64,000 nt of DNA, from the NCBI GenBank assembly GCA_963751455.1, contig CAVVUN010000015.1, positions 96,001 through 160,000 of the forward strand, in the 5' to 3' direction. Made by a program: the position numbers and the translations under genes. The notes beneath the pieces were generated by a model, which searched no databases, was not told the origin of the DNA, and saw only the letters and a list, made by a program, of their open reading frames with translations. Shown here piece by piece: positions 60,788 through 64,000 of the stretch (position 1 is its first letter; each line of letters opens with the position of its first letter). The stretch is from Nitrospirota bacterium. GTDB taxonomy: Bacteria > Nitrospirota > UBA9217.

Positions 60788-61213
60788 ATGAAGGATTCGT
60801 TGAAGCCAGGCATTGAGTCCGAATTTACGTTCCGTATTCCTGAATCCAAAACCGTACCCGCCTTGTACCCGGAATCTGCTGAATTCCTGCAGATGCCGCT
60901 GGTATTCGCTACAGGATTCATGGTCGGCTTTATCGAATGGGCCTGCATCAAAGCCATTAATCCCCATCTTGACTGGCCGCAGGAGCAGACGGTGGGCACT
61001 CATATCAATGTGTCGCATACGGCCGCAACCCCACCGGGAATGGCAGTAACCACGCTGGTAAAGCTCGTTAAAGTAGACGGCCGCCGTCTGCTGTTTGACG
61101 TTGAGACCCGTGATGAAGTTGAAGCGATCAGCAGGGGAACCCATGAGCGTTATATTATTAATAAAAATAAATTCGATGAGAAAATACGTGAAAAAAACAA
61201 CAGGAAAAAATAA
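60788..61213 (+). CDS. Hotdog-fold thioesterase, FlK-like
   Basis: VFATGFMVGFIEWAC (Thr/Glu), TVGTHINVSHTAATPPG (His), GTHER. Confidence 0.9.
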   Translation: MKDSLKPGIESEFTFRIPESKTVPALYPESAEFLQMPLVFATGFMVGFIEWACIKAINPHLDWPQEQTVGTHINVSHTAATPPGMAVTTLVKLVKVDGRRLLFDVETRDEVEAISRGTHERYIINKNKFDEKIREKNNRKK

Positions 61214-61248
61214 GCGTATTCTCATACCGGTTCAATCCTCAGGCCTGA

Positions 61249-62139
61249 ATGAATGAAAGCAGAAAGATAAAAGTGATCCTGGCACTCGGGACCCTCTACC
61301 TTGCCTGGAGTTCGACCTATCTTGCCATACGGGTCGCCCTGGAGGACTTTCCGCCTTTCTTTATCGCAGGCTTTAGGTACATGCTGGTCGGCGCCGGGAT
61401 TTATGTCTATTTGCGAAGCAAAGGCGTTCCAGCACCTGCTGCAAGGGAATGGGGCGGATCACTCCTCATCGGCGTGTTCCTGCTTCTTGGCGGCACTGCA
61501 GGCGTTGTGTACGCCGAGATGTGGGTGGGATCGGGCCTCGCGGCTCTCGTACTTGCAACCTCACCGCTTCTTACTGTGTTGTTTGCAGGTATTTGGGGAC
61601 ACCGGCCTGCCCGTAACGAATGGCTTGGAATGCTTCTGGGCCTGGCCGGGATCGTTCTGCTCAACATGGAAGGCGATCTGCGGGCGCATCCGCTGGGAGC
61701 AGCGCTTCTGATTGTTGCCTCGGCTTCGTGGTCCTTCGGTTCGATCTTGAGCCTGCACGTACCGATGCCGTCAGGAATGATGGCAAGCGCTTCGCAGATG
61801 TTTTCAGGCGGTCTGTTTGTGTTCATTCTAAGCCTAGTCTCGGGCGAACAATTACCGCTCGACCCCTCCCTTCGCGCGCTCGGGGCGCTGCTCTGGCTCG
61901 CGGTCTTCGGTTCGCTCCTCGGATATACTGCATATACCTATCTGCTGACGCATGTAAGACCTGCGCTGGCAACCAGTTATGCGTATGTAAATCCGACCCT
62001 GGCAGTACTGCTCGGAGTCTGGCTTGGCAACGAGCATGTTACAAAGACCAGCCTTCTTGCTATGCCGATCATTCTTTCCGGAGTGGTTCTGGTAATACTG
62101 GGCCAGAAGCGAGAGATACGGCCAAGGACGAAGGATTAG
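61249..62139 (+). CDS. EamA/DMT transporter (YedA-like)
   Basis: YLAWSSTYLAIR, SGLAAL, FGSLLGYTAY, SYAYVNP. Confidence 0.92.
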   Translation: MNESRKIKVILALGTLYLAWSSTYLAIRVALEDFPPFFIAGFRYMLVGAGIYVYLRSKGVPAPAAREWGGSLLIGVFLLLGGTAGVVYAEMWVGSGLAALVLATSPLLTVLFAGIWGHRPARNEWLGMLLGLAGIVLLNMEGDLRAHPLGAALLIVASASWSFGSILSLHVPMPSGMMASASQMFSGGLFVFILSLVSGEQLPLDPSLRALGALLWLAVFGSLLGYTAYTYLLTHVRPALATSYAYVNPTLAVLLGVWLGNEHVTKTSLLAMPIILSGVVLVILGQKREIRPRTKD

Positions 62140-62141
62140 TC

Positions 62142-62900
62142 AATTACAAGTGAAAATCTTTCAAAACAGAAAGAATATATTGACCGCGAAGACGCGAGGG
62201 ACGCCAGGAAACCGTAAAGCGTTTTTTCAGGTTTAAACTCCAGCGTCCAGTTTCGCCTTCCTCGCGACCTCTGTCTTGTGCCCAGCGTTTACGAGTGCCA
62301 AGCGCGAGTGCAGGGTACGCCTTGGCGGTTCAAAGGTTTTGTATCCGGCTTGTCCGGGTTAGGAACGAGGGAGGTACCGGAAATGAAGAAGAATGTTGCG
62401 ACCAGGTTAATTACAAGTGAAAATCTTCTCAAAACGGAAAGAATATATTGACCGCGAAGACGCGAGGGACGCCAGGAAACCGTAAAGCGTTTTTTCAGGT
62501 TTAAACTCCAGCGTCCAGTTTCGCCTTCCTCGCGACCTTTGCGCCTTGGCGGTTCAAAGGTTTTGTATCCGGCTTGTCCGGGTTAGGAACGAGGGAGGTA
62601 CGGGAAATGAAGAAGAATGTTGCGACCAGGTTAATTACAAGTGAAAATCTTCTCAAAACGGAAAGAATATATTCACCGCGAAGACGCGAGGGACGCCAGG
62701 AAACCGTAAAGCGTTTTCAGGTTTAAACTCCAGCGTCCAGTTTCGCCTTCCTCGCGACCTTTGTCTTGTGCCCAGCGTTTACGAGTGCCAAGCGCGAGTG
62801 CAGGGTACGCCTTGGCGGTTCAAGGGTTTTGTATCCGGCTTGTCCGGGTTAGGAACGAGGGACGTACCGGAAATGAAGAAGAATGTTGCGACCAGGTTAA
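62142..62900. repeat. Three-unit tandem array (about 267/224/267 nt)
   Basis: Units start aattacaagtgaaaatctt at 62142, 62409, 62633; units 1 and 3 carry a 44-nt insert (62274-62317, 62764-62807) absent from unit 2. Confidence 0.95.
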
Positions 62901-62944
62901 GTGTTTAACCAGAGGCAGCCCACCGGGGAACGACAAGGGCGTTA

Positions 62945-62974
62945 TTGACAAGGATCGGAGAGATAAAGTAGAAT
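62945..62974 (+). promoter_or_regulatory. Sigma70-type promoter, probably leaderless transcript
   Basis: TTGACA-18 nt-TAGAAT, 6 nt before ATG 62981. Confidence 0.55.
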
Positions 62975-62980
62975 CAGCCG

Positions 62981-64000
62981 ATGTCAAACCAGATACTATT
63001 TTTTCTTTTAAACGGCGCCGGGACTTTGATCCTTGAGACAGCCTGGCTCAAGAAGCATATCTCGATATTCGGATCCAGCCCTGAATCCTACGGCAGCGTC
63101 CTGTTCGCTTATTTCCTGGGGGTAAGCGCAGGGAGCTGGTACTACAGGCGAAACGAAGTTTCCCTAAAATACTTATATCCTGGTTTTTTGCTTGCCCTTC
63201 TCTTCTCGCTCTTCCTTCCGGTCTTCCTGCTCGACGGTTTGCGCTTCCCCTCGGAATTCGTTTATGGTCAGCCCTTTCTTTACAAATCCCTGGTCTGGGC
63301 ACTTGCAATAATTTCCATTTTTCCTGCCTGTTTTTTTCTGGGGGGCTTTTTCCCGCTTGTCGCTCAGACCGTGAACCGGAAGAACTTCGTCTTCCTGTAT
63401 GGAATTCAGACGCTCGGCACGGTGCTCGGGATATATTTCGGCTCATTTTTTCTTCCGTACGCGGTCGGCTATCTGGCGACTTTTATAATCGGAATCGCGA
63501 TAAATGTGATATCGCTCTTCTTCTTGCACCTCGCTTTTCGTGACAGAGAGGCGCAGTCCGGCGCCCAGGCGGACATAAAAAATCATTCCTTTCGCTTCGG
63601 CGTATTTTCCTTTTTCTCCGGTTTCCTGTCGCTTGTTCTTCAGGTCCTTTGGATCCGTTTTATCGCCCTTGCGACGGACAACTCGATCTACGCGTTCGGA
63701 TCGGCGTCACTGATCATCCTCCTTCAACTCACGGTCTCGTCGTATCTTACTTCAAAGTTGCCGGAATCCTGGTTCAGGAATTCAGGGGTCTTCACCGGTA
63801 TACTGTTTTTCTCGCTTATCGGCATGATAGCCTCGACTGAAACATATCTCTGGATGACGGATGGTCTTGCGATCAGGGCAGTGAGGGATGCCACAGGGCT
63901 TTTCGGTTCGCTTGCCTTTGCCGCGTCCTTCATCGTAATAGGATATTTTTTTATCTCGTTCATCTTTCCGTTCATCCTGCGAATGGCAAAATCCGGCGAT
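62981..64000 (+). CDS. Membrane-fused spermidine synthase-like protein, N-terminal TM region (partial)
   Basis: Hand translation MSNQILFFLLNGAGTLILETAW...FLGVSAGS...PACFFLGGFFP...LYGIQTLGTVLG; runs off the window, so absent from the ORF track; catalytic domain not visible. Confidence 0.75.
   Translation, partial: MSNQILFFLLNGAGTLILETAWLKKHISIFGSSPESYGSVLFAYFLGVSAGSWYYRRNEVSLKYLYPGFLLALLFSLFLPVFLLDGLRFPSEFVYGQPFLYKSLVWALAIISIFPACFFLGGFFPLVAQTVNRKNFVFLYGIQTLGTVLGIYFGSFFLPYAVGYLATFIIGIAINVISLFFLHLAFRDREAQSGAQADIKNHSFRFGVFSFFSGFLSLVLQVLWIRFIALATDNSIYAFGSASLIILLQLTVSSYLTSKLPESWFRNSGVFTGILFFSLIGMIASTETYLWMTDGLAIRAVRDATGLFGSLAFAASFIVIGYFFISFIFPFILRMAKSGD

Noticed and set aside
62142-62900. CRISPR array interpretation of the tandem repeat
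   Set aside because: Units exceed 220 nt, the two inserts are identical instead of unique spacers, and no cas genes are present.

Overview
Bacterial chromosomal window, probably from a Nitrospirota or deltaproteobacterial-type anaerobe (inferred from gene content only). Positions 1-9.7 kb hold the 3' half of the dcw cluster (murD end, ftsW, murG, murC, murB, ddl, ftsQ, ftsA, ftsZ). Positions 9.8-19.6 kb hold housekeeping genes: TrmJ-type methylase, MBL hydrolase, cysteine synthase, a frameshifted radical SAM gene, and pgeF-yggS-proC-[four-helix-bundle]-yggT-divIVA-yggU. tmRNA follows at 19845-20199. An accessory region comes next, with a GT4, a 2025-aa SpvB/FG-GAP/RHS protein lacking a downstream immunity gene, large lipoproteins, YeeE, EndoQ, a GT2/radical SAM/B12-radical SAM/FAD oxidoreductase/GT-C cluster, a thermolysin-like protease whose propeptide appears to be a separate gene, an ExtI-like porin/heme-lipoprotein/ABC permease locus, and small metabolic genes. 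The most unusual signal is non-coding. Many intergenic spacers, including those inside the dcw operon, carry hairpins built from degenerate 6-10 nt tandem repeats followed by their inverse. One such structure encloses a four-helix-bundle gene. A 39-44 nt mini-element is inserted into these repeats, with filled and empty sites both visible, and one copy carries an exactly 100-nt insert. There are also nested MITE/REP elements and a three-unit tandem array at 62.1-62.9 kb. All calls are by eye from motifs; no database search was run.
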